Below are positions 49,318-61,746 of a stretch of DNA of 64,000 nucleotides, piece after piece. A model generated the notes under the pieces. The model saw nothing but the letters and a program-made list of their open reading frames with translations, ran no database searches and was not told the origin of the DNA. The DNA is taken from NCBI GenBank assembly GCA_051362555.1, contig CM120641.1, positions 14,322,001-14,386,000 on the forward strand. The letters are read 5' to 3'. Origin of the DNA: Lingula anatina (lineage: Eukaryota; Animalia; Brachiopoda). The position numbers and the translations under genes were made by a program. The first letter of the stretch is position 1; every line of letters starts with the position of its first letter.

Positions 49318-52300
49318 ATATGGCCAAACTATGTACAAGTGTAATAGCAAAATACCTTCACTGCAGTTTCAAAGGCATCTATTGGAGATGAGCTGGACAA
49401 ATTAGCCACAAGAGTATTGTAGGCGGCATTCATGGAGTCGAGCTAAAATAGATATATATATTACTGATTACATTGGTACAAGATAAAATGCAATCATTTT
49501 GTTTTATCTTGTGTCAATAAAAATCTTAAGTGGAAGTCATAAGTACAATTAATATTCACACTTTTTTGCCCTTTTCATTTAGCGAGGGTGGCAATAAAGT
49601 TATTCTGGGCCTAATGTGGAAATTAATCTATTCAAACCTCACCACTGTATCCCAACTGCATAACATGTATAGTATTTCCACATCCCATGCTTTTTGACAG
49701 CTGCTGGGGCCCTGTCCCTATTTACTCTGTTTACATTAGATATGATCATGTATGTTATATTTTAGCTATGCAAAATCAGTCCAAATCATTAAAGAAAATG
49801 GCCTACCATAGTCCTATCTCCTGGCTCTGCCCCACCATATCTGAAATGAAAATATAGAGCCAATCTAGGAATACATTGCAGAAAAAGAAAAAATGTTCAA
49901 GTACAGCAAATTTTGAAACACAACCCAGTCTGAATTTTGACAGAAATTTCATGTCAAGAATTATTTATCAAAATACTAATTGAAATTGCCTACTTGGAGA
50001 TAGCCTGCATGCCTTTTTGGAAAGCTGAACACCACCCTGTAGCACTAACGTCATGAGCTACAACTGCAGCAGCGGCTGTCACAAACAAGCTGTACATCTG
50101 AAATAGTTTGTGTTAATAACTTTCAATACTTTGAATTTTAAGCTGCATGGAAATGCAGTTTCCTTCACTGTCAATGTTTTAGCAGTAACAATTGGTAGAG
50201 CAAAGTCCTTCCTTACATAAAATGAAAAACACATTTTATGCAAGCAAGCATGCACACAAACTTCCTTGTAACTTACAGCTCCAGATGAGCCTCCCATCCA
50301 TCTTTCCACCAAGCATGCTAAAGACAGGAGCAGGTTTTGAGGGTGTGTAACTGGAAGACCTGGGGATGTCTCAGTGCCTAGATACTTCAGAATTCCTGAA
50401 AGTCAATTTCATTTCATTTTCTTTGAATCTATTTTATTACAGTACTTTCTATGCTTCTCTGTTTCACCTCTCATGTCATATCTTACTGTAATGAATTTTC
50501 TGCTACCTTAAATCCAACTTCAATTGAATACTTTTTACTTCTTCACCTTCAGCCCCAGCCTTGAGTGTTGAGCCACAATCTCCATCTCCTGTCTGGGAGT
50601 CCAGCTGGTTCAGGGAGCTCTCTTGACTTATCAGTGTCTCACATATTGCCTTGAGGATACTGTACAGCAACTTTCCTGTATCTGTAAGGGTCCATTTTTA
50701 TTTAATCAAACCAATAATATTAAGTATGATACATTGTATAAGGATACTTGTATCAACTACTGCTACATGTGAGTCCAGTATAACATATTGCAATATTCAC
50801 TGTAGAAAATTATATGTATATTTTTATATTTTTATATATTTATCACGATCATTCAGTAACATGTTTGTTAAAAAAAGTCCAGTAATGTGAACATTCACTG
50901 TCTTGCATTCTAGTATTCAAACATTGAGCACATATTTACTACAGGTGATCTATTACAAGTGATAAAATTAATTAGGGGTGGTGAAACTGCTAGTTCAAAA
51001 ATGGACAGCATATCAGGGTGACAATAAACAAAATCTCTTGCCTGCATCCACAGTGAGTCCTTCCCCACTGGTCACTATCATATCAGACAGGTCAGCATCG
51101 TCGGCTGGCATTCTCTCTGGGGTTTCTCTATTGGTCATACCTGGTGCAAGGAATGGGGGTGACCAGCCAGGAGCACTGGTGGCGGCATCTATAAGAAAGT
51201 GAATATATCAAATTGTAGATATGAAAAATTTTTTAAACAGTTTTTTTTTTATAATTATTTGGCATAATAATTTGGTAGTCAATTGTTGAAATGACAATTG
51301 CACAAACATTGATTTGTGAATGCTTATGAAAAATAACTTCTTTTATACGACATAATATAATATAAATAATAGTTAAATTGATTTTGTATATTAACATTTA
51401 TTACATAAATAGGGATCTTACCCAAGCATTTGGCTCTGACATCATTAAGGTGCATTACAGTGACGATGACACCTGCCATTTCTAAAGATGTCATAAATGA
51501 CCCACAGAAAGCTCTCTGTACCAACACACCCTTATTTTCTAGAACACATAAAAAACATATCGTAATCTATCTTCAATCTTATCCAAAATGCTATCAATGA
51601 GAAACATGAGAACAATTTGCTCTATCTCATACACAAGTTAATACAGTATATCATTATGCCAAATCATAATTTTTTACACATGCAAGAAATACTTTATTAC
51701 CTAAACTACGAATTACTTCCCCTGCCATTAAAGTTAGCTCCAACACAGATGTTCCACCAAGGTTGTTAACAAGCACTGCAACTTTGTCTCCTAATATGAT
51801 GAAAAAAGAAGAATATTTTTCATTAAATTAAAAAAGTAAGGTTGACAATCAATAATAAAGGTATGGATTTTAGACATAAGTGACAGTAAATTATACTGAA
51901 CAATCAAAAGTCAAATTCTTTGAGAAATTCTGTGAATCATTAGAACTACATGTATAGTTAATCCTATAATCCATGACTTCAATATGAATTTAATAATTGG
52001 ACATTTACCTTTATTTATGTCAAGATGTGTGCTGCTGTTCTTGTTGGTCATGTGGGCAATCATAGCTTCCACTGTTTCCTTGGCTGTTAACATCTAAAAT
52101 AAAGATTTATTTGTGAGAAAAATGTTAATTAAATATTTTCAACTGCTTACAACATTTCTGTTCAGAAAAATATTTATACCACTTAAAGCTCACCTTCAGA
52201 AAGATTTACTTATTGATACAATCTAAAGCATACCTTCATTCTCTTCACCCCTGCTTCGCCATGGACTCCTGAATACCATAGGGAAAACAATTCAGAATTA

Positions 52301-55300
52301 TCATAAAAATTGAAAAAAAAAATCCTTGATAATCATGACCTCTACCATATCAAAAAATATTAACTTAGAAAAGACATCTCAGAAACACACAGATCTAACT
52401 GTATACTTTTATAACCATGGAAGAATACACAGTACCTAAGCCAAGTTCCATCTCATCTTCTCCAAGCTGAAATGTAGGTCCCTGACCAGGAAGGCTACAT
52501 GGAGACAAGGCTATGCCAATTGTACCTTCAAAATAAAGCTACTTTTTATTAGTCCCCCTGTCATAAAATCCAACTAAAAAGAAATATGGCTTTTGATTTA
52601 GTCAGGCAAGAAATGTTAAAACAGCAAAAGGCTGTTTCAAAACTAATATTTCAATCTGACCAACGGGAACATCCAACATCAGTTATACATTTGGAATTAT
52701 ATTTGGCAATAAAACCATAAAGTTTGTGAATTAATAGTAAAAATATACAGAAATGTAACTAAACAAACAAAAGTAGTTCCGTACTACAAGGACTCACTAA
52801 AATAAAAACATAATGTGAATTTAATAAGTTCTGTAACTTTTACATTACCTATCCCTTAATTCAACCTTTTAATTATTTCCATCCACACCCCCCTTTTTTG
52901 TGATCCAGGCCATGTATAAAATTTTTAATATCAACTATTAAAACAATAATGATTACTGAAAAACTTATTTACCCATATTTTGTGTTGCTTCAGTACATAT
53001 GCTAACAATTTCTTCCAGTGGTCTTCCCTCTTCAGCTAGGGCCCCTGCAAGCTGTGATAAATACCAGTATTTAACAAGATTACCATGGTCAAATTCCTCA
53101 CCAGTTCAGACAAAGCTTCTAAATGTAACAGACACAAAAACCTAAGGCATTTTAAAACCATATCTGAGTGTCAAAGAAAGAAGCTTAATCCCTGTAAACT
53201 TGAATTTTTAATCAGGATGGTAAAAATCAAAGCCCTGCATATAATTTATTTTGCTGACAGTTCAAAATCTCAGAAAAAAATATATATCACAAAAGCATAA
53301 AGAACTGACTTAAGGTATTTTGAAACAAATAATGCAAGATAATGTAAGCTTTTTTTCTGTTCCATAAATATAACTGGCTGTAATCCATTTCAAAAAGTTA
53401 CGTATATACAAGCATAAGGAAAGAAACCTATTTCCATATTGGTAAATCATCCGTTATAAAAATTTGAATTCATTTTAAAGCTAAGGATGATTGCAAGCCT
53501 ATGGTCGTTATTTTCAACTATAAGGAATTCCTGGATGATAAACATTTATCTTTTCATCATGTGATAATGATCTGCTCTGGAACAATAATTATCACAAAAT
53601 TATAACAAATACTCAGTGAACTAAAATTCTATCTATTGGATGGGTGAAATACAGTGCAAACTGGTTGTTTTCCTGTCTGTAAATATAAAACCCACTAATA
53701 AAAATACATATGGTACATCAACCACAAAATAAAAAAGTGATAAGTACCCAGTACCAAGTCATATAGCAGATAGGTGGAATAAATAAGGTTTTTGAAAACA
53801 CACTTTAAGACTGTTTTTCCCCACTTCATTAAACATATATGATAAATTAATTAAATATATTGATGAATGTTGAGCAGAGCTCTATGAATCTGCCTTTAAG
53901 CCCCTAGCTGACATCAAGGTTGTATCTATTATGAAACGCATAAGCATATATGTAGTGTCAAACAAGTACCTTATGCAGAAATATAGTTCCACCTAACCCC
54001 CTTCTTCCAGCAGTTTTATCATGTGAAGTTAGAGCACAGTCCTCCCCTATTACTACCATATCCACTTTTATTCCTTCACTTTTCCCTCTTTCTGCTGCCA
54101 GGCCAAAGTTGATCCTGTCCCCAGTGTAGTTTTTCACAACCAGCAAAACACCACCTACACATCAGAGGTTATGATTCCAAATGAAGCAAATATTAGTGGG
54201 CAGAATTGTTAATCTATATAAAACCACCACCAGTATTCCTCAAAACAAAACAACCTGCCAACTGCTTAGTAAATGAGCACTTGTTTATGCCATAGCCAAA
54301 AAGACAGAACCAAACAGTTCGATTTTCTTATCTGTTTGTTTCTTTTCTAATCAAATAGCTAGATTTTATCAGCCTAATTTTCTAAATTTTATTATTATTC
54401 TTTTTTACAAATCACAATGAAAATTAAATTGAAAAAATATATATCTAATCATTGTCTTACTTGAGACAAAACTTTCCCACTGGCCAAAATGCTGCATGTA
54501 ATTGTTTGAAAAACAAGTCAACAAACAGGTAGGCAGGTCATATTTGAAATCAAGTGATAATCAAATGTAGCAGCCATGTTTTGTTCCAGCATGAGGAAAT
54601 AATACCTTCCACGTCACAATAAATCCACACATTCCTCTCCTCCCAGCTGATTTATCAGCACTTGTCAAAGCGCAATCCTCTCCCACTACAACCATTTTAA
54701 TGTTAATGTTTTCTCTCTTGGCTCTCTCAAATGCAATGCCAAACGTTAGTCTATCACCAGTGTAGTTAGCAACGCACAGTAACACACCTCCTGTGCAAAT
54801 AAGGGGCAGTTAAGATTTTTTAAAAAGAGTACATTCTAGTATGTGCATAGTGACAGGAGAGAATTTAAATGATATGAAAGCATGGTATGATATGTGGAAT
54901 TTATGTTAAGAAACATTGATGTAAAATAGCATAAGGGAAAGTTAAGGGTTATCAAAATGTAAATTTTTATAGTTATCAAGTCATTAGACAGATAAAAAAA
55001 AATTGTTAGATTATAGCAAAAGATAACAATAATGGAATAACTTGTGTTGTTAGACAAAAATCATGTACAAAATGCAGTACTAGTAGATGTTTTGTAAAAA
55101 CACCTAAGATTCAATATAGTAACTGATAATTATTAGTATTTGCTAATTAACAAATCAATATTATTCCATTATTATTCCTGCAAATAAAACATTGTGCAAA
55201 GCATATACTTTTATCCCATCATAAGATTTCTATGACTGTAAGCATATTTTTCCCTTTGCACACCAACTTGATCAATAAAAAACTAAAACTTATCAAATTT

Positions 55301-56107
55301 GCTTTCTTAAACCAAAAGAAAAAAGCAAAAAGATGAACAGAAAGACAATGCTAAAATAAGCCAAGTGCCTCATCTCAATACAAAACTGAGAGTACTTACA
55401 CATTTATGCATGTATTTTCCCTACCTTTGTTTCCTTTTCCTACTGCCCTGATTCCTGCCAATATGCTGTTTGGTGGAGGAGAGGCAAATACTGCTCCACA
55501 TACTGCAGCACTCAGCATACCACGGCCCACGTAGCCTATACACAGGAAAAACAACTACTAGTATATATGTTTTATACAAAGCATGTTAAAAATCATTTGA
55601 AAATGTATTCCTTTCCTCTTAATGATAACATACTAAGTTCATATATAAAAATATGACATCTGACAGGGTCTAAAAACTTTTATAGAGATAAAACCAAAAT
55701 AAATTCTTCACCAAATCTAGAGCAGGTCCTAAAATATTTACACATCTAACACATAAACAGATAATTTTTTTCATCATACTCAGCCCTGACAATTGTGATA
55801 TGCAGTACCACACCTAGAGCATCCAGAAAAATGTACTAAAAGGCAATCCACAGGATAGCTAGGGGGGATGTCTGCTGGCTTTGCTGCCACTGACTATACC
55901 TGGATGTGCTGGTTCATGACCAGACCCTCCTCCAGAAATTACAGCAACTTTCCCAGATGCTTTATATTCTTCAATGTCAGACCTGACCACAACTCGATGG
56001 CCTTGTAAAAGTCTAGCACCAGGATTGACAGCAACAAAACCTTCCAAGCTATCATCAACACATCTTTCTACTGTGTTGATTAGCTTTTTGCCCTTTGCCT
56101 GAGACAT
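48891..56107 (-). CDS. TKFC: Triokinase/FMN cyclase (dihydroxyacetone kinase, DhaK+DhaL fusion)
   Basis: Exons 55900-56107 ([11 protein letters not shown]), 55425-55535 ([20 protein letters not shown]), [54606-54790 or 53970-54154], 52973-53051, 52436-52525, 52234-52268 (GVHGEAG, catalytic His), 52009-52093, 51701-51790 (VNNLGG), 51422-51538 (FMTSLEMAG), 51042-51188, 50547-50681 (GDGDCG), 50277-50395 (MGGSSGA), 49994-50097, 49807-49840 (GDRTM), 49356-49442, 48891-49046 (AGRASY, PDAGA). Confidence 0.93.
49262..49316. repeat. poly-C run followed by (CA)n microsatellite
   Basis: Directly visible in a TKFC intron. Confidence 0.95.
53970..54154 (-). CDS. TKFC: TKFC alternative exon B (canonical VKNYTGD...TIFLHK)
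   Basis: 185 nt; acceptor gtgtag|GT, donor AAG|gtact; matches the family consensus KNYTGD-x-NFG. Confidence 0.9.
54606..54790 (-). CDS. TKFC: TKFC alternative exon A (variant VANYTGD...FIVTWK)
   Basis: 185 nt; acceptor tgcacag|GA, donor AAG|gtatt, branch-like CTTAAC upstream; open frame homologous to exon B. Confidence 0.85.
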
Positions 56108-58015
56108 TTTCTCTGCAAAATATAAAGAATTATTTTTTAAAAACACAGTAATCACTAATAACCTGCAGATAGAGTATTCATGCCTATTGACTGTAAGCCA
56201 ATATACTGTACATGCATATGTGGTATGTCAAAATAAGTTATTTTTGGTAATAAAGAATAACGAAAAGCAGCAGATTTTGAGTTTGTTTAGATAAGTTTTA
56301 TTTCAAAACATATATTCGAATAATATAAATAATCTATAAATAACAAGGCTGTGACATGAGAATGATTTAAATGATATGCTCACCATCAAATAAATGGTCC
56401 TGCAAATAGCTGGTTCCACATTTAAAAAAATTGTCATCAAAATAAAAACTTCATTAAAATTAAATAAAAGTAAAAAGTCATCACATCTTTCAACTTTGCA
56501 TTTTGAACTTCAAATAATAATTTCAGTATTGAAAAAGTCATCTAAAAAAATCCAATTAATTGGGCAGCGAACAATCAGCAAAAAACACATCTGAGACATA
56601 CATGTACCTACAGTATTCACATGTACTAGTAGTATGCCTTTTTATAATGGAGGATAATACAACCATATGCATGTACAGGTATTATGTTTCAGTGAGCATG
56701 TAATAAGTTTATGATTTAAAAAATTTAATAATATTAAACTGACAATGCATGTATTAAAATACATTTCAACAAAGTTCATATTAAATTGTGTACTGGAAGT
56801 ACACCTTTTCAATATGATATGGGGTTTTGTATATAAGTCTCAATTTAATACAATGCATGCTTTGTCACATGTCATATTCACACGAAAACCCAAGCCAGAT
56901 GTGCAAGATCATTCATTAATCGCTCCATTTTATTTACGCTTGTTATGAAAATATGCTAAAGTGTCTAAGATACATGTGAAAAGTTTCAGCAGATTAAAAT
57001 AAAAACCATGCTAGCTAAGAAACACACCTGCCCGAATCAACACAAGAGATCCGCGTTTGCTTCAAGCTGCATGCAAATATCTTTCTCACTGCTCCCTTGA
57101 CCTACATCGAGGCCCATAATAGTTCAAGGCATTTCCTTATCTATGACACGTATAGCCTAAGTGATATAACCCAGCGAACCGAAACTCTTCTCGTACCTGC
57201 TCTTTACTATTTGGAGATTCATTTGAAACAGACGTGGAGCAAATGCTGAAATGAACACCTTTTTCATAAAACTTGGACAAATAAAACGATATGCTCTTCC
57301 AAAAATAAATCAAATATTATTCAGCGAAAAAGAAATGTCATTGATGCAAATTATTGTAAACTAAGTGAAATTCTATAATAATTTGATTTAATAAAAATTA
57401 GAAGTATTGAAACTAATAAAGTAACGTGGTGCAGCTTTGTAAAGAGCGTCTGCATGAGTCGGTCAAGTTTTTAAGTTAATGAAATACAAAGTACCAGTAA
57501 ATTTCATCATTTGTGATAGATAACACGTTTGGTAAAGAAAATGAGATTTTTTTATCGCACTGTGCTCTAAGTAAGCCACTTCCCCTGTAGTAACGTGGGT
57601 ACAAAATGGAATAGTGCATGCGTACGAGTCTGCAGTGATAGACTGACCGTAAGTACTGGTATTGCACAACGTTACCAAACAGGCAAGAATATTCAAACGT
57701 TAAAACATAGCCAGTCCTTTTGTGCCACGGTTTTACTATGAGTATGTTGTATCTACAGTAGTTGGTAAGTTGAAGCGCACAAAATTTAAATGATTTAAAT
57801 GGGATGTGGCACTAAGTATTTTTACTGTTACAGCTGTACATGTACTGTACCAATGGCGGTACATTTCAAATATTACATACGCACACACACACACACACCA
57901 TATGGTGTACTCTGTGTAAAGTGACATTTTTCCTTTCATTACAGTTCTTCTTAAAATTATACTTCATTTGTAAATTTTAGTTATAAAAGCCCAAAATCAA
58001 GACAAGTGAGTGGAA

Positions 58016-61000
58016 ATGAATAGTGTTAAAAGGAGAGGAGGCCGTCCAAATCGTGGTGGTGGACAGAAGGCAGCCAGAGGTAGGGGAGGCAGTGGTGGAA
58101 GAGGAAAAAGAGGTAGAGGTGGAGGAGGTGGCCACGTACCAAGAGAGAAAGGTGGTGCTGGAATTAGTCTGGATGATTATGAGGACTTTAGTGTCACCAG
58201 CTCAGGTGCTCTAGGAGGAGGAGGAGGAGGTCATTTCACCAGAGAAAAAAGTGCTGCACCAAACTGGACTACAAATGATAATTTTTCAGGAAGGGGAGGA
58301 GGCAGAGGACGTTTCAGTGGCGGGTAATAAAGTTTCTGTTCTTAAATTGAATGTGAAAATGTCAGTGCATTTACCAAATCATTGACTAGCATTTGAAATA
58401 CAAAAATGTAAATCATAATGTTAAAAAGAATTGGGTTTAGCTTTGAAAAATGGCTTACAAATTTTCCTGTGATTATCAGTAATTTCCAAATACTTACTGC
58501 CCATGACTCTTTTAAGTTGTGAGCAAATGCAGAAACTTTAAACTTGAAATACCAGTATACCTTGGCACTTATGGGCAGTAGCACAGGAAATGTAAAGAGA
58601 ACATCAGAACATAAAAAATAATGAACTTTTGGTTTACTTTTCTTTTTTGAATAGGCAAATTACTGCACAGTACTAGCATGCCATTGCATGGAAATTATGG
58701 CTGTATTTCTTGTTAATTGTATTTATTTCAGAAACTTTCCTATCAGAACCAAAGTCCCAATGCAAAAACTCCACATGAGCACAGAAAATCAGGATTTGGT
58801 GAAACAGGCACTGCTGGAGTTACAAGGAGACAATGAAGATGAAGAAAGGTATATATTACTCACTGGGTATATCAGAAGATCAAATGTGAAATAGTTATTG
58901 CTGTATTTCAAGGAAGTTGAGAAAGTGGTCCAGGTGAAATAATGTACAATTCTGCCAAGCAGAAGATGTTACTTTGAGTCTCTGTAATATTTTAGTATAT
59001 GATGTTTAAAAGTACAATGCTTTATATCACATATTTTTAAAAAAATGTTCTTTTCAAATCTTGTATGGGTTTCAGTGATGCTATCTTGGAATATAAGGAT
59101 AAAGATCTAAGAACTGCACAGCAGTACTGGATGACAGATAATAAATTGATGGTTGAAGGTGCTACTCAGTTTACTGAAGAAGAATCAGGGGAGACAGAAT
59201 TTGAGCAGGCAAATAAATATGCCCTAAACAAATTGATGAGGTAATTTTTTAGAGGCAAGATCATTTTGGGAATTTTGATTGTTTGGTTTACTGATTCAAT
59301 CAGTTAGATACACCAAGTACAGTTATTTCTCATATTAATGAAATGTAAACTCCCAGTTTATTATGAATGCTAGTGAAGGAATTGATTGTTGTTTTAAAAA
59401 AGTCCCAAATACTTTTGCATTGCAGTTATGGATTTGATAAATCCAGATGCCTTGAAGCCTTGACAGATAAAGATGGAGATGTGGGCAGGTGTTTGGAGAG
59501 TTTAATATCTGAGCTTGATGAAGATGACCTTAACAACATGGAAGGAGAGGAAATGCCATTAGAAGAACTTGAAAGTGAACGCCAAGATGAAAAAATGGCT
59601 CTAGAGGCCATATATGGAAATGCCTTTTGTGAGAGGATTCCAAAACAAGTGTGGACAATTGATTTAGACTTGGATTTTATTAAAGAATACTATAGGACCA
59701 TTCAAGCAAGGAAAATGCCTGAGACCAGAAAAAAATACAAAATAAATGTGGATCCTGTAGAAAAGAAACCATGCCTTTACTTTCAAAGGGGAAGCTGCAA
59801 GTATGGTAACAGATGTCAATACAAACATGCAAAGCCTGAAGGTGACAAACCTGCCTCCAATCCACATGCAAATTTAGAAGAATTAAATAAAGATGGAAAA
59901 AGTAAATTTCAGTTGGAAATTAGATTTCCAAATGGAAATTTGTACCCACAACAACCTCCAATTCTTGCAGTATCTACACAGTTTAAGGAAATGCCTGGCT
60001 ATATGTTGTTAAATATTACAAAAAGACTTATGCAGGAGGCAAAAGAGGTTGCTGATACCGGTGCTCCAGTTGTTTTTTCACTTGTAAGTTTATTAGAAAA
60101 CGAAAGTGAAATGCTAGATGTTCTTTCACAGCCGCCCCTCGAACTCAGTCTGCCAAGTGTAAAGCAAAAAGGTAAGCCTGAAATAGATCCTAGTCAAACA
60201 ACAGAATTGGGTGATCTTGAGGAGGAAGAGGAAATTGCTGATTTTGAAGAGGAAATGGAGAATCCAGTAACAATGGAACCTGAACACAAAGCAGAGGCCA
60301 ACAAGAAACCTGTCAGACAAGAACCTCAAAGATTGGATCCTCATAGGGTGAAAAGGGAAAATAATAGAATTCGTGAAAAGTTCAAGAGAGCACAGGTACA
60401 GTGATATCTTAGTTTATGTGGATTGTAAGCCACTATGTCTGAAATTTGCTTATATTCTTTGAAAATTGCAAATGTTTCAAGATAACTACATGTACATGTA
60501 CATGCACCTCCTTAAACATGAATATGTTAACTGAAAATTGTTCTATAATAACTTTTTTGTATGTCAGAATTTGCCAGCTTACAAAAAGATGCAGGCTATA
60601 AGGAAAAACCTTCCAGCCTGGGAGCAACAACATGAAATCCTCAAAGTCATTGCTGAAAACCAAGTGGTAGTGATAAGTGGAATGACAGGGTAAGTTTACT
60701 TGCATGTTGTTGCAGTCTGAGTAAAGCTGATATAACCAGCAGCTGTGTAATTTGAAAAGATCATTTTGTTGAATTTGGTATGGTTAGCGGTACTACTTAC
60801 AAAGGGTGTAACTAGTTAGTATAAAATGCTTTTTTTTTTACCAAAAAAAAAATATTTGGTCTTTTTTAAGTCAGTTACACTTTTTAGCAAACTGAATTGT
60901 GTTTCACATAAGATTTTTTAAAAATTGCTTTACCCCTAGCTGATTTGGTAGGCGTGACAGTCGTTTAATCCTCTTGAGCTGATAGCAATTTAGCCTGAAC

Positions 61001-61671
61001 CCCCAGGGAGTTAGGTTGATCCAGATGGATCGATATAAGTATGGGAACCCAGTCTAAGATGAAATTCAGTTAACTTGACACAGATTTCTACTCACAGGGG
61101 CAACAGTGCTTAGACTGCTATCCCTTTGGTCATTGGATTTACCAAGACTGCTGCATGAATTAACAGACTTGGTTTAGCCCACTTAAATAATCCATAGTAT
61201 ATACACTTGCTTAACTTTTAAGAGACACTTAACTGACAAAGCTAAACCTCCAAACAAAATGTTAAAATATTAAGTATGCACCTTTTTTTCCTCCATAAAC
61301 CATAGATGTGGCAAGACAACCCAAGTTCCACAATTCATACTGGACTCCTACTTAAATGCCAAGTCAGCAGACATGTGCAATATTATATGTACCCAGCCCA
61401 GAAGGATATCTGCCATGGCAGTGGCAGAGAGAGTGGCAGAAGAGAGAGCAGACAGGCTAGGGGGCATTGTAGGATACCAAATTAGACTTGAGAGTGTTCA
61501 GGTAATTCCATTATGAAAAGTGCATGTCTGAAAACATGTAAAGTTTCCCCCCAGGCTCATACAATATTTTAAGTTAGGATACTTTAAATACAACTCTCAA
61601 TCTGATGTTGATGTTGATTCTTCAAACAGTGTTATATTTTCCAGCCTTTTTTGTAATATTTTTTGTAATAT

Positions 61672-61746
<75 letters not shown>

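Noticed and set aside
53970-54790. Duplicated TKFC exon as an assembly or haplotype artefact
   Set aside because: Copies are only ~66% identical in protein and their flanking introns are unrelated
59570-60120. CCCH zinc finger inserted within the RWD domain
   Set aside because: Normal DHX57 architecture
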